Shown: positions 1-12,665 of the stretch, one piece after another
Position numbering within the stretch: the stretch's first letter is position 1
How the letters are laid out: each line of letters starts with the position of its first letter
NCBI RefSeq assembly: GCF_964194155.1
Contig: NC_135897.1
Coordinates: forward strand, 74,834,001 to 74,898,000
Direction: 5' to 3'
DNA: 64,000 nt
Origin: Cetorhinus maximus
Taxonomy: Eukaryota
Translations under genes and position numbers: made by a program
Notes under the pieces: generated by a model
Seen by the model: the letters and a program-made list of their open reading frames with translations, nothing else
Told to the model about the DNA's origin: nothing
The model's database searches: none

Positions 1-259
1 CATAATATAAGGGTAGGAATAAGATTTATAAATAACCTGAGTGGTAGGGGTTAGGTTACCTATCAGTTTTACATGCATAATTTTTTTCTCATGTACAATC
101 ATGCCAACACTTGCTATACTAGTGAATTATGTGAAAGGTTGTATGGTTGTATGCAAAATAATGCACTTTAATCCTAGTTCTCATAGCTTATGGAATATGG
201 ACGCTCTTCCTACCCTGCACCTGCCTCACCCCTTCCACATGTTCTGTGAGAATTACTCT

Positions 260-845
260 GTGTAGTGTATGACAAGGCACAAGTCAGGAGTGTGATGGAA
301 TATTCTCCACTTGTGTGGTTGAGTGCAACTCCAACAACACTCAAGAAGCTCGGCACTATCCAGGACAAACCAATCTGCTTGATTAATACCTCACCCACCA
401 CCTTAAACATTCACTCCCTCCACTACCAACACCCCATATATCACCTTCAACATCAGCTCCCTCCACCAGCGATGCACAGTGCAGCAGTGTGTACCATCTG
501 CAAGATGCACTGCAGCCTCTCACCAAAGCTCCTCGGACAGCACCTTTCAAACCTGCAACCTCTACCACCGAGAAGGACAAGGGCAGCAGATGTATAGGAA
601 TATCACCACCTACAAGTTCCCCTCCAAGCCACACACCATCCTGATTTGGAACTATATCAGGATAACTCCTTCACTGTCGCTGGGCCAAAATCTTGAAACT
701 CCCTTCCTGACAGCACTGTGGGTGTACCTACACCACAGGAACTGCCGTGGTTCAAGAAGGCGGCTCAACGCCACCTTCTCAAGGGCAGTTAAGGATGGAC
801 AAAAGTACTGGTTTAATCAGCGACTCCCACGTCCCATGAAAGAAT
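260..845 (+). mobile_element. CR1-group LINE 3' fragment (RT C-terminus plus 3' tail)
   Basis: YDKAQVRSVMEYSPLVW...LKKLGTIQDK motif; same family as the 44395-47485 element. Confidence 0.85.
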
Positions 846-2741
846 TTTAAAAATTGATGTGCAGTATATACTAGACTGCCAAATACATTGCTTTGTCAGA
901 TAAAGTTGAGCAATCAGTGTACATAACTGAAACTGAATCCTGATCCTTTGCACAATCACATTGAAGGTGTAACAGGTAATGTCATTCAGTCTCACCAAGA
1001 GGGAGTGATGATGCCTAGAAATTGATTCATTAAGGCTGCAGCATAAAGGCTACAGTGAAGGCTGTGATAGGTTAGTGTTATTACTGTGTACAGTAATGCA
1101 GTGCATGGGAATGGGTCTGTACAATATTTGATGTAAGCCCTTGCACTTTATTTTCAAAACTAAATAGTCAGATGTTTTGCTACATTAAAGGCCATATATG
1201 TAAGTTATGTTTTCAATAAAAAATAGCATTGAATCTTGTATTTATAATAATCTAAGACCTGTCCGTCTAAGTCTGTGTGTACTTATTCCTGTTCTTTCCT
1301 TTGCCATTCTATATCCTGAATACTGTCATCTGTCCTATTGTCTCTTTTCCTGGAAACCAGAGCAGTACTTCATGGTGGGTCAAGTTGTGGTACTTCATCT
1401 AACCCTCTGCTTGATGGCTCCAGGTAAATATGGCCATTTGTGGTCTCCGTTAGAGGCTTTGATATTAGCCCCTCATCCTCAACTTCTGAAATCGTTTGAC
1501 TGATAGACTCCTAATTGGAAATATAATTTATTAATTCCAGGAGTCCTGTAATGAGTCACATGAGCAGTGGAAGGATGAAATATATAAAATCCATGTTAAT
1601 TTGTTTTGTCGTCTTTTGTGGTAGCCATGAAGGATGTTCCTTTCTTGCTTGCTATAGTTCTGATAGTTTGAAGTTGTTCCACTAAAAAATGAATTGGCCT
1701 GTAACTTAAATCAAGCAATTTAAATTTCACAGCAAATTGGGAATACAGTGCTTAAAAATGTAGATAATTTGAATTAAAACATGTAGACTGTGCAAATGTC
1801 TTGTTTATAGTGTGAACTAGTGTCATAATCTGGTCTGACTTTGCAATACATGTAAATATTTTGACTAAAGTTGGTCCCTTTTTAAAAAAAGGTCAGCAAA
1901 ACCATAGTTTTTTGGAACATACAAGATGCAAACAAATTAATTTTGGATGTGACTCTTTTATAGCTCATTTGGGAGTCTAGATAATTGTGTTTGTAATAAT
2001 TGTGTTTCTAAAATCTTGATTCTGGTGGGGTGGGGTGCTGGTGTGGATAAAGCATAGGTGAGATATGCAACATTAACTATTTGGCATCCATAGGAACAAT
2101 AGATGCAGCCATGACTCAGGCATTGTTTATTTAGTATCTTTTTCAATTGGTTTCCACATGAAACCTGCTACAGGGGTGGGTTCAATATATATATAGTATC
2201 TTCAATGAACAGGTACTTGGAGATGCTGAACCCTTATGACCTATTAAAGGTTTAACTTGCCTTTTGAGGTCTAAAATTTGTTTTTTTTTAAACATTTAGA
2301 CTGGGGTTGTTTGCAATATTTGCTAAGTGACAGTTACTTCATTGACCTATTAAACCCTGCAGTTATATATGTTATTTCATTATTACAGTAATCACATTGC
2401 CTCCATACAATAGAATTTCTTCAGTAACAACGTCTCACCATTTAATTACATAAAATGTTTGAAATAAACTTTTCAATAATCAGAGTTGGAATCATTGAAA
2501 TGTAAACCATACTGATTGTCTTTGTGCAAGTTAAGAACTATGTAGCAACTCAGCTGTTATAAGTAAGTGAGACCAGATTGGATGAGGAATAATATACAGT
2601 AACTACTGAGAAATGAAACAAATAATTCATCAGCAATGTAGGTCTCCTGTAACTTAGTGCAACAACGATAAAGGTGAATGAAATGAATTATTTGTTGATT
2701 TGGGTGTATAGAAAATAGTTTCACCTTGTTCTTTTCACTAG

Positions 2742-2826
2742 GTATAGTATTTCCAACTGTGAATCTGCAGTGGAAGGAACACCAGATGACATAGCTCTAG
2801 TGGATTCTGTTTCCTTACGAAGACAG
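2742..2826 (+). CDS. MFF: Mitochondrial fission factor, penultimate coding exon ([R]YSISNCESAVEGTPDDIALVDSVSLRRQ)
   Basis: Polypyrimidine tract and AG at 2740-2741, GT donor at 2827. Translation matches the recalled vertebrate MFF segment RYGISNIDTTIEGTSDDLTVVDAASLRRQ and joins the next exon in frame. Confidence 0.93.
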
Positions 2827-3182
2827 GTACTGCATTAATTTATTAACTCTCTCAACTATATTTTTGAACAAATATGCCTAGCTTATGGGATTCTGGCAAG
2901 TAAATGGAGGAACACAATTGGCAGGGCCTGGATATAGGATGTTTGTCGTCTTTTGGCTGAGAATGGTACGTAATGAAAGAAAGGAAGGGAGATAAAATAA
3001 TTCACTAAGCATTACCCTTCCTATCCCTTCCCACCATAAAGGAAAATCTTCTAGGCACGTAAATACAATACACTCCAGTATGCTTACACTCCTATAACGT
3101 AATTATTTTTCAAATTACATTGAACAGGACTACATGGGCTGCTTCTCTTTAAATATGATATTTGTTTCTGTCTTGCTGTCAG

Positions 3183-3314
3183 ATAATTAAACTCAACCGT
3201 CGACTCCAGCTCCTGGAGGAAGAAAACAGAGAGCGCACGCGTCGAGAAATCTTTATTTACTCAATCACAGTGGGGTTCTGGTTGATCAATAGCTGGCTTT
3301 GGTTCCGGCGCTGA
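3183..3314 (+). CDS. MFF: Mitochondrial fission factor, last coding exon (coiled coil plus C-terminal tail anchor)
   Basis: AG at 3181-3182. Translates IIKLNRRLQLLEEENRERTRREIFIYSITVGFWLINSWLWFRR*, the hallmark MFF C-terminus; TGA at 3312-3314. Confidence 0.97.
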   Translation: MIKLNRRLQLLEEENRERTRREIFIYSITVGFWLINSWLWFRR

Positions 3315-3677
3315 GTAGGCATTGTGTGAATCGGATCATGTGCTAACCGAACAACAGGTGTTTTCAAAACCAGCTGGTGACATGAAGGGCCAGAGATTGT
3401 TTATTGCTTCTTCTGTACCATACAGACTTCCTTGAGGTCCATGCACTGACTGCACACTCCATACAACACAGGAAAAGGAATCATGGGGACAAAGGGATGT
3501 TTTGTTGCTTCATTTAAAAATATTTATTACATCATTTCATAAGACGTTTATCGACACATTGTGCATGCCCGTGATTAGGGAATGTGTAGCTTTCAGGACT
3601 TTTAAACATGTTATTGAACCTGATGTGCATGTGACTGTATAGGACCCGTAGAGGGGGTGATTTGGAACAGAACAAAG

Positions 3678-3683
3678 AATAAA
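3678..3683 (+). terminator. Possible proximal polyadenylation signal of MFF
   Basis: AATAAA about 365 nt after the stop codon, followed by a G/T-rich stretch near 3695-3720. Confidence 0.35.
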
Positions 3684-4257
3684 GCTAACAAACTGGGGTT
3701 TTTTTTTGAATTTATGACTTATTGATCAGAAGAATTACATATAAATTTCAGGAGTTTTATGTAAACGGATGTACATAAACGTATTGTGTATGTATTCCAT
3801 TGTCACATGAAGATGAATTTCTGGTTATGGGTCCCTATGTTTTCTGTTTTTGCACTGAGTTTGAAAGGAATACTGTGGGTAAGGCAATTAAACCTTTCCT
3901 TTTTGAGTATGCATCAAAAATGTATCCTCCTTTCATTTTGAATTTTTGTCATGCGAATCTACCATCTGGTGGGGACTGATACATATTTGGTTGTGCACTG
4001 AAATGCCAGTATGCTTGCCTTTTAGCTCCTAGCATTCCTGTGCTCCACTGAAAGCAATTAGCAGCATAGGGTGCGAAGAGTTGAAGCCAACCCCCAGTAT
4101 TTCATTTGAACATCTATCCTCTAAAACTGTGTGAATGGATCTGTTCTGTTAGTTAAAAACAAAAAGCTAAAAGCTACTGCGGATGCTGGAAATCCAAAAC
4201 AAAAACAGAATTACCTGGAAAAACTCAGCAGGTCTGGCAGCATCGGTGGAGAAGAAA

Positions 4258-4300
4258 TCAGTTAACGTTTCGAGTCCTCATGACCTTTCGGCAGAACTGA
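4258..4300 (-). ncRNA. Minimal hammerhead motif, antisense arm copy
   Basis: Reverse complement reads TCAGTT-CTGCCGA-AAGGTC-ATGAG-GACTC-GAAA-CGTT-AACTGA. Confidence 0.65.
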
Positions 4301-4472
4301 GTATAGTTAGGAGAAAGGTGAAATATAAGCTGGTCTAAGGTGGGGGGGCGGGGGGGAGAGAGAAGTTGAGGGTGGGGTGATTCACCCCACAATCACCCCA
4401 CCCTCAACTTCTCTCTTCCCCCCGCCCCCCCACCTTAGACCAGCTTATATTTCACCTTTCTCCTAACTATAC

Positions 4473-4515
4473 TCAGTTCTGCCGAAGGGTAATGAGGACT
4501 CGAAACGTTAACTGA
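4473..4515 (+). ncRNA. Minimal type I hammerhead ribozyme motif (Penelope-type, core CUGCCGA)
   Basis: TCAGTT-CTGCCGA-A-GGGT(AATGAGG)ACTC-GAAA-CGTT-AACTGA: stem I TCAGTT/AACTGA, stem II, GAAA, palindromic ACGT stem III, predicted GUU cleavage triplet ending at 4509. Confidence 0.7.
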
Positions 4516-5049
4516 TTTCTTCTCCACCAATGCTGCCAGACCTGCTGAGTTTTCCAGGTAATTCTGTTTTTGTTCTGTTCTGTTAGTACTTCACTGCAGT
4601 AGAATTCTCCAAAAATTGTTTGTAAATATATGCAAAGAAGCAGGTTGAGGGGAGGGGGTGGGGGGGGGCGCGGCGGGATATGTTTTTCCATGAATGCTGA
4701 AAGAGGCCATTGTGCAGCTTTGACCTAACGTATTCCATTAATTTTTGGATCGGAAAAGTATTTACATTGTAAAGATTTCAACTAAATGATGTATCTCTGA
4801 GTATATTCTCTACTTTGTACTTGACCTGCAGATACACAAATTTAAATCTTGACCTTGTTAAAGATATTTACTGCAGGAGCGTTAAATGCAAACAACTTTA
4901 AAGGAAGCATACTTCTAGGTTTACGCTATGTAAATTTTTAAAGTAGCAAACTTTTTTTTCTATTGTACCTTTTATGTGAAGAAAGCTTACGCAAGATTAT
5001 CAGAAGTACAATTGTGTGTGTAAATATAGTTGACTCTATACAATGTGGC

Positions 5050-5059
5050 AATAAATAAA
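5050..5059 (+). terminator. Likely distal polyadenylation signal of MFF
   Basis: Overlapping AATAAATAAA ending an AT-rich UTR-like stretch with TGTA motifs, followed by GT-rich TTGTGTTTGT. Confidence 0.6.
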
Positions 5060-5144
5060 ATTAAGTCTGAATATTGTGTTTGTCATACACGCTGGGTGTG
5101 AAAAAAAATTTTTTTTAATGTAAATCTGTATCTGTCTTGTTGGT

Positions 5145-5800
5145 TGGCCGAGGAAGGGAAGAAAATAGAATCACTGGACTAGGTAATCCAGAGGCCTGGA
5201 CTAATAATCTAAGGAACCTGAATTCAGTTTGAAGACAGTTTGAGAATTTGAATTCAGTATTTTTCTTTTTAAAATAAAAACCTGAAAATAAAAAATCTGT
5301 TACCAGCAAAGGTCATTACAAAGCTGTTGTTGTAAGAACCAAACGGTTCTTTAGAGAAGGAAACTTGCTGTCTTTACCCAGTTTGTCCTATCTCTGTAAC
5401 CTGCAGCCCTACACCCTCCCAAATCTCTGCACTGTTCCATTCTGGCCTCTTGCACATCCCCGATTTCCATCATCCAACCATTAGCGGCCAAGCCTTCAGC
5501 TTTCTAGGCCCTGAGCTCTGGAATTCCCTCTCCCATTTTACTCCTCTCTCTTTTAAGATGCTCCTCCAAACATGCCTCTTTAACCAAGCTTTTGGTCACT
5601 TGTCCTACTATCCTGAGTATAGTTTCATTTTTATTTTATGTTATATGTGACTGTCCGATCCCACACCAATGTGGCTGAGTTAACTATCCTCTGAAGTAGC
5701 CTAGCAAGCCGCTCAGTCGAAGGCCCACCACCAGCCTCTCAGGGCAACTCGAGCTGATTAATAAATACTGGTCTTGGCAGTGGTGTGCATGTGAATCAAT
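5145..5800 (+). mobile_element. tRNA-headed SINE interrupted by an L2 3'-tail fragment (~5395-5645)
   Basis: CTGGACTAG-TAATCCAG head motif and body shared with other SINE copies; L2 tail CTGCAGCCCTACA...CTCTTTAACCAAGCTTTTGGTCA inside it. Confidence 0.6.
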
Positions 5801-6299
5801 TAATTTAAAATAAAATCATAATTGAAGTCAATTATAACATCATTAAAGAAGATAGACCAAATAAATTATTTTCTGATCTGGGGATTCTGGAAGCTTTTTA
5901 ACCCATAAGCATCCAAGCCAGGTTCTGGTTAATGTTTTAATTTCTGGAGTGTTTTTCTGTGATTCAGCAGGGATGTTGATTGGCACAATTTCCTTCTGTG
6001 CTGTAATTCCATGATTAATAATATCTCTCTAGTAATTTCTACACCAATAATAATTCCATGATTAATCAGGGACTAAAGTTTATTCTAAATTCAGAAATCG
6101 AGGTGATGGGTTATAGTGTAGAATAGGAGTGCCCAACATTGGGGCCATTATGCAACCTCTGACAATATGGCCCTTGAAGCCCAGTTTTATTTGGTGGTTT
6201 GTCCCATTTGAATTCTGTGCGCCTGGAGATTTAAAAAGGGCTGCTGTTAGCATTGTTGCCTCATTGGTGAATAAATCCTACATCATAATCTGTCTTTCT

Positions 6300-6960
6300 C
6301 TCGCTCTCTCTCTCTCTCTATGCCCTAAGAGGGTGTTGGTGATCATGGACCTCCATATACATCTTTCTCTGGAGACATGGATCATCTTCGTTGGTGTTAC
6401 ATTCATCCAGTTTACGAGGCTCTTCAGAAAGATTGTTCTTTTTCTACCTCAATCTCTTTTACCATTAATCTTTCCCATCAGCATCAGACTTTCTAAATCA
6501 TGATCTCTTATTACGTGCCCAAGAAATTCAAACTGTCTCTTCCTGATCTTGGTCAGCAGATTTTGTCTAAGATTTTACTACCACCTCTTCATTGGTGGTG
6601 TGACTTGTCCAAGATATCTTCATCATTTGCCTTCAAAACCACAACACAGCAGCCTCAATTCTTCTCTGCATTGCTTTGCTGATTGTCTGACATTCGCTCC
6701 CATATTTAAAATTTGGTGTGATGTAGCATTCCAGGATGCTCAGTTTTGTTTTCATGGCTAATTTTCTGTTGATCATAATTTTTTCATTTTTTGAAATGCA
6801 TCTTTGGCCATTCAATTCCTTCGTCTTATTTCTTGGTCGCACTTTCCATCCAATGTTAATATACTTCCTAGGTAACAAAATTTGGTCTACCTGTGTGACC
6901 TTTTCATTCTTCACTGTGATCTTACATTCTGGTATGACTTTCTTTTGGGACACTACTAGA
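6300..6960 (-). mobile_element. RTE-clade LINE 3' fragment
   Basis: Frameshifted peptide ...KLAMKTKLSILECYITPNFKYGSECQTISKAMQRRIEAAVLWF resembles the RTE/BovB RT C-terminus; ends near a (CT)n tract at 6294-6319. Confidence 0.7.
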
Positions 6961-7309
6961 CGTTTTGTTTTCTTACAATATATGCTCGGCTCTTTCTTCT
7001 ATCATAATACCAAGATTACTATCAGCAGTTTGAGATGCGTATAAATAAATGTGGCTCTAAGCATGTCCATATATTACTCAATAAAACAAAAGCTTGGGCA
7101 CCAAGAAAAAGCCACAACACTATGGCAGTAACAGCAGTAAGTACCAAAATGTCAGAAAAAGCAACAGATTAGGTGTCCAAAATGTAATTGTTGGGGTGGG
7201 GGGGGGACTTGACCCCAGGTTCTGCTTCAAAACTTGTGTGCCTTTTATATCTTAAGTAATTTCTACACCAACCATAGGTCTACTGCAATAGAATTGAGTA
7301 TATGTCTCA

Positions 7310-8110
7310 TGGCATCATAGAAATTTACAGCATAGTAGGCAGCCATTCAACCCATCGTGTCTGTGCTGGCTGTAAAAGCAATCCAGCCCAATCCCACTTT
7401 GGAGCTCTTAGTCGTGATCTTATAGATTACAGCACTTGACGTGCATATCCAAGTATGAGGGTTTCTGCCTGTACCACCCTTTCAGGCAGTAAGTTCCAGA
7501 CCCCCACTGCTCTTTGGATGGAAAAGAATTCTCCTCAACCCTCTATAATCCTTCAATTAATTACTTTAAATCTATTCACCTGGTTCTTAACCTTTCTGCT
7601 GAGGGAAATGTGTCTTTCCTGTTCAATCTAGCTTGGCCCCTCATAATTTTGTACACACCAATTAAATCTCCACTCCGCCGCCTCCGTTTCAAAAAAATAC
7701 AACCAGTCTATCCAAACCTTTGTCATGTGCTAAAATTCTCTGTTACTGGGAACATCATTGCATTGCTCCTCTGAGTCCTCTATTGTGCAATCACGTCATC
7801 CTGTAATGTGACCAGGACTCCACATGGTACTCTGGCAGCAGCCTAATTCCCGCTTTATGCGGTTCTAGCATAACTTCCCCGCTCTTGCATTCTGTGTCTT
7901 GGCTAATAAAGGGAAGTATTCCATATACCTTCTTAATTACCTTATAGACCTGTCCTATAACCTTCAGGATCTGTGGTCATGCACCCCAAGGTCATTCTGT
8001 TCCTCTACACTTCTCTGTATCCTACTATTTATTGTGTATTTCATTGCCTTGTTTGCCGTCCCCAGAATGCATTGCCTCACACGTCTCCAGATTGAATTCT
8101 ATTTTCTCTC
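7310..8110 (-). mobile_element. CR1 LINE 3' fragment
   Basis: CR1-type tail (CATAGAAATTTACAGC...GCCATTCAACCCATCG) and degenerate RT C-terminal sequence. Confidence 0.7.
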
Positions 8111-8200
8111 CTTAATTAATCCGTGCATTTCTGAATGATGATTAATACTATCCCTCAGAATTTTCCAAATAATTACCCCACCACTGAGGTTAAGCTATAG

Positions 8201-9950
8201 TAAAAACAGAAAATACTCGACAGGGCTGGCAGCAAATGTGGAGAGGGAAACTGAGTTAACATTTTGAGTCAAATATGACTTCTTCAGAACAGAAGGAGAG
8301 AAATGTGATGAACTATATGGTGTTAAAAGGGGGGAGTGGGGGGGAAGAACAAAAGGGAAGTTCTGGGATAGGGCAGAGGGCGGTAGAGATTAAGTGACAA
8401 AGGTGTCATGTAACAAAAGACAAAGGGAGTGGTAATGGTTGTAGTAAAGAGATAAAGCATTGGTCCAGAGTGAGTGTAAATGCTCAAATAATGTCAAAAA
8501 GCAAATACAAGATTTAAACCAGCACATGACGAAAAAAAAGAGTTCATGGTCTGAAGCCCAACATTGAGTCCAGAAGGCTGTCAAGTGCCTAATCAGAAGG
8601 TGAGGAGCTGTTCCTCGAACTTGCGTTGAGCTTCACTGGAACATTGCAGCAGGCCGAGGACAGAAATATGAGCATGAAAACAAGGTGGTGAACTAAGCAA
8701 CCGGAAGCTCAGAGTCATGTTTGCGGACTGAGTGGCGGTTTTCTGCAAAGAGGTCACCCGATCTGTTTTTCATCTCCCCAGTGATGAGAAGATGGTGTCG
8801 TGAGCAATGGATGCAGTACACTAGATTGGAAGAAGTATAATTAATTCACTGCTTCACCTGGAAGGAGTGTTTGGGGCCATGGATAGTGAGGAGAGAGGTG
8901 GTAAAAGGGCAAGTTTTACACCTGCAATTGCATGGGAAGGGGACAAGTTGTTGGGGGTAATTAACGAGTGGGCCAGGGTGTCAGGGAGGGAATGGTCCCT
9001 TTGGAATGCTGACAGGGGAAGGGAACATGTTTGGTGGTGGCATCATGCTGGAGGTGGCGGAATTGGCAGAAGATGATCTTTCGAATTTGGAAGCTGGTGT
9101 GGTTGAAAGTGAGGATAAGGGGTACCTTATCGTCGTTCTGGGAGGGAAGGGGTGAGAGTGGAAGTGCAGGAACTGGGTCAGACACAGCCGAGGGCCCTGT
9201 CAACCACAGCGGGGGCAGGGGAGGGGGAATCCTTGGTTAAGCAAAAAGGAAAACATATCAGAAGCATTGTTGTGGAAGGCTGCTTAATCAGAACAGATGC
9301 AACAGAATCAGAGAAACTGGGAGAATAGAATGGAGTCCTTACAGGAGTTAGGGTATGAGGAAGTGTAGTCAAGGTACCTGTGGGACTCGATGGGCTTATA
9401 ATGAATATTAGTATAGACAAACTATCCCCTGAAATAGAGACAGAGAAGTTGAGGAAGGGAAGAGAAATATTGGAGATGAACATATGAAGGTGAGAGAAGG
9501 GTGGAAATTGGAAGCAAAGTTGATTAATTTTTCCAGTTCCAGGCAAGAGTAGGAATCAGCAACGATGTAGTCATCACTGTACTGAAAAAGGAGTTGGGGG
9601 AGGGGGGCCTGAGCAGAACTAAAACAAGGAATGTTCCACATACCCCACAAAAAGACAGGCATAACTAGGATCCATGCAAGTATACATAGCAACACCTTTT
9701 ATTTGGAAGAAGTGAGACAAGTTAAATGAAAAATTATTCCTTGAGAGAACAGGTTCAACCAGGAGGGTGGTAATGGTGGGGACTAGTTGGAGCTCTTTTG
9801 AAGGAAGAACAGAGAGCCCTCAGACCACCCTGGTGGGGGATGGAGGTGCAGAGAGTTGGATGTCCAAAGCGAAGTAGAGGCAGTTTGGACCAGGAAACTG
9901 GAAATTGTTGAAATGACGTAGGGTGCCAGAAGAGTCACAGATGTAGGTGA
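8201..9950 (-). mobile_element. Older degenerate Penelope-like element (RT plus GIY-YIG remnants and terminus)
   Basis: Frameshifted ORFs homologous to 36894-38075 (VPLILTFNHTSFQIRKIIFCQFRHLQHDATTKH; LFQYSDDY); terminal repeat with a decayed hammerhead at 8251-8290. Confidence 0.88.
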
Positions 9951-9959
9951 GAAGAGAGC

Positions 9960-11410
9960 ACAGGGACTGCTCTCACTTGGTTCCATTCTTATCTATCTCA
10001 TTGTATCCAGAGTAGCACTTACAATAGTTTCGGTTCGTGGTCCCACTCCATTTCCTCGGGTGTCCCCAAAAGATTTATCATTGGCACTCTCCTATTTCTC
10101 ATCTACTATTTGTCCCTTTGCAACATCATCCAAAAGCACAGGGTTAATTTTCACAAGTACGCTAACAACATCCAGTTCTATCTCAGATGCACTTCTCTTT
10201 AGTCCTCCACTTTTGCTAAATTGTCAGATTGCTTATCCAACATCCAGTACTGGTTGAACAGAAATTTTCTCCAATAAATATTGGGAAAACCAAAGCCAAT
10301 GTTTTCAGTCTTTGCTTCAAATTCATTCCCTAGCTACCTAATCTATCCCTCTCCTTGGCAACTGTCTGAGAGTAAACCAGACTGTTTACGAACTTGGTGT
10401 CATATTGACCCTGAAATGAGCTTCAGATCACATATATACACCATCACTTTGTAACCACCTTTGTAACATCGCCCAACTTTTCCCAACTCATCTCATCAGC
10501 TGCTCCAACCCACAGCCTTGAATACTTCCAGAATTAACTATTCTACCACACTGCTGGATGATCTCCCACATTCTATCCTCCACAAACTTGAGGTCATCCA
10601 AAGCTCTGCTGCTCGTGTATGAGCTTAAATCAGGTCCCATCCACTTATCACCACTGTGCTTGCTGAGTAACATTGGCTCCCAGTCAATCAACATATTGAT
10701 TTTAAAATTGTCATCCTTGTTTTCAAATCCTTCCATGGCCTCACCCCTCCTAATCTGTGTAATCTCCTCCAACCCCACAGGTACCTTGACTACACTTCCT
10801 CACACCTTGCCTCCTGTAAGGACTCCATTCCATTCTCCCCCCGTTTCTCTGATGGTGTAATGGGTTAATAGAATAGATATGCTAATGAGTGATGTAGACT
10901 ATGATGTATCATTGACATCGGCAGTCATGTATTGGAGACTCTATAGCAGACCAGCAGCATTCAGAGGAGATGTGCCTACTCAGTAACCAACCTTCTATAT
11001 ATTGTACATAGTATAAACAAACAAGTTTTTAGTAATTACCTGAGTCAGAGTCCAGTCCCTCTTCATAAGATATACAACATAGCACGTGCATCAAACACCC
11101 ACAAACCTTTGCGATATCTGCACTCGTCCGATTCTGGCCTCTTGAGCATCCTTGATTTTAATCGCTCCACCATTGGTGGCTGCGCCTTCGGTTGCCTAGG
11201 TCCTAAGCTCTAGAATGCTCTGTCTAAACCTCTTCGCCTCTCTATCTTGCAATCCTCCTTTCTTAAAACCTACCTTTTTGACCAAGCTCTTGGTTGCCTG
11301 ACCTATTATCTCCTTCCTTGGCTGTGTGTCATATTTTGTTTAATAATGTTTTTATGAAGTGCCTTGGAAGGTTTCATTTAAGGTGCTATATAAATATAAG
11401 TTGTTTTTAA
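9960..11410 (+). mobile_element. L2 LINE 3' fragment, interrupted at ~10780-11097 by a Penelope piece and an LTR-like segment
   Basis: L2 motifs (GGTGTCCCCAAA, AAATATTGGGAAAACCAAAGC, TTTAAAATTGTCATCCTTG) and tail ending GGTGCTATATAAATATAAGTTG; 10773-10850 is the reverse complement of Penelope sequence near 9320-9385. Confidence 0.75.
10856..11079 (+). mobile_element. Possible short solo LTR
   Basis: Begins TGTAA and ends ACAACA with an internal ATAAAC; no target-site duplication found. Confidence 0.35.
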
Positions 11411-12454
11411 TTTCACCCCTGCACTTTTTTAACTCCTCTAGGCTTTCTGCAGTTTTGAGCTCTCAATATCTGACATAAGTTTCCTCTTTCTTGCCTTATC
11501 CTATCCTGTATGCTCCAGGGGCTCTAGGTTTGGGAGTCCCACCCTTTTTCTTTGTGGGAACATATTTGTCCTGAACACTCACTCTCTCCTCCTCGAATGC
11601 CTCTCACTGCTCTGACACTGATTTATCTTCAAGTAGTTGTGTCCAGCCCATTTATGCTAAATCACACCTCACCTTAGTAAAATTGGCCTTTCCCCAATCG
11701 AGAACTTCAAACCCTGGTCTATCTTTGTTCTCTTCCATAATTATGCTAAATCCAACTTACTAATGATCACTACCATCAAAATGCTGCACCACTACACCCC
11801 TTTTACCTGCTGAATTTCATTCACTAAAACTAAGTCCAAAACTGCCCCATCTCTTAAAAAAAGTTAGGATGAAAGGTCATCAACCTGAAGCTTTAGCTCT
11901 CCACAGATGCTGCCAAACCTGCTGAGTGTTTCCAGCATTTTTTGTTTTCATTGCCCCTTCTCTTGTTGGACCTTCCACACAGTAGCTTGAAAAAGCTGCC
12001 CTGAATTTATTTTAAGAATTCTGCACCCATTATATCTCTATCCCCTCTTTGGGAGGTCCAGAGTACACTCCCAGCAGTGCTATTGTCCCTTTGCTTTTCT
12101 TCAATTCAACACGTGACCTCATTTGTTGATTCTTTTTTGCCTCTCATTCCTCCTCACAGTTGCTTTGAAATTGTTTCCTTAATCAATAATGCAATCTTCG
12201 TCCTCTTTTGTATTTTTTTCTATGCTGTCTGAAAACCTGAAACCAATCTGCCTTTTCTGCCTTTCTTTAAGCCATCTTTCAGTAATAGCTATGGTATCAT
12301 CTTTCCGATATCTGTACCCTCAGCTCATCTGCTTTATTCCCTCGACTTCTTGCAGCTTAAGTTATGAAAAGTATGTCTGGTTTCCACTTTGAGTCCAACT
12401 TCTTGTCTGTACATGTCATAAGGGTGAGTTTCAGACTGCTTTTTGGCTTCTGGT

Positions 12455-12665
12455 TTTTTTTTTATTCTTTCGTGGAATGTGGGCTTCGCTGGCAAGGCCA
12501 GCATCTGTTGCCCATCCCTAATTGCCCTTGAACTGAGTGGCACGCCACAACATTTCAGAGGTCAGTTAAGAGTCAACCACATTGCTGTGGATCTAGAGTT
12601 ATGTGTAGGCCAGACCAAGCAAGGATGGCAGGTTTCCTTCCCTAAAGGATATTAATGAACTAGAG
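12455..12665 (-). mobile_element. SINE sharing the CR1-group LINE 3' tail (truncated)
   Basis: Tail CAGCATCTGTTGCCCATCCCTAATTGCCCTTG joined to body GAGTCAACCACATTGCTGTGG...CCTAAAGGA. Confidence 0.75.

Larger units (their letters stand above)
4154..4574. mobile_element. Penelope-derived fold-back insertion (two inverted terminal copies) in the MFF 3' UTR region
   Basis: Arms 4198-4382 and 4391-4574 are near-perfect reverse complements. Flanking direct repeat CTGTTCTGTTAGT at 4141-4153 and 4575-4587. The outer ~100 bp of each arm closely matches the Penelope terminus at 36428-36530. Confidence 0.9.
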
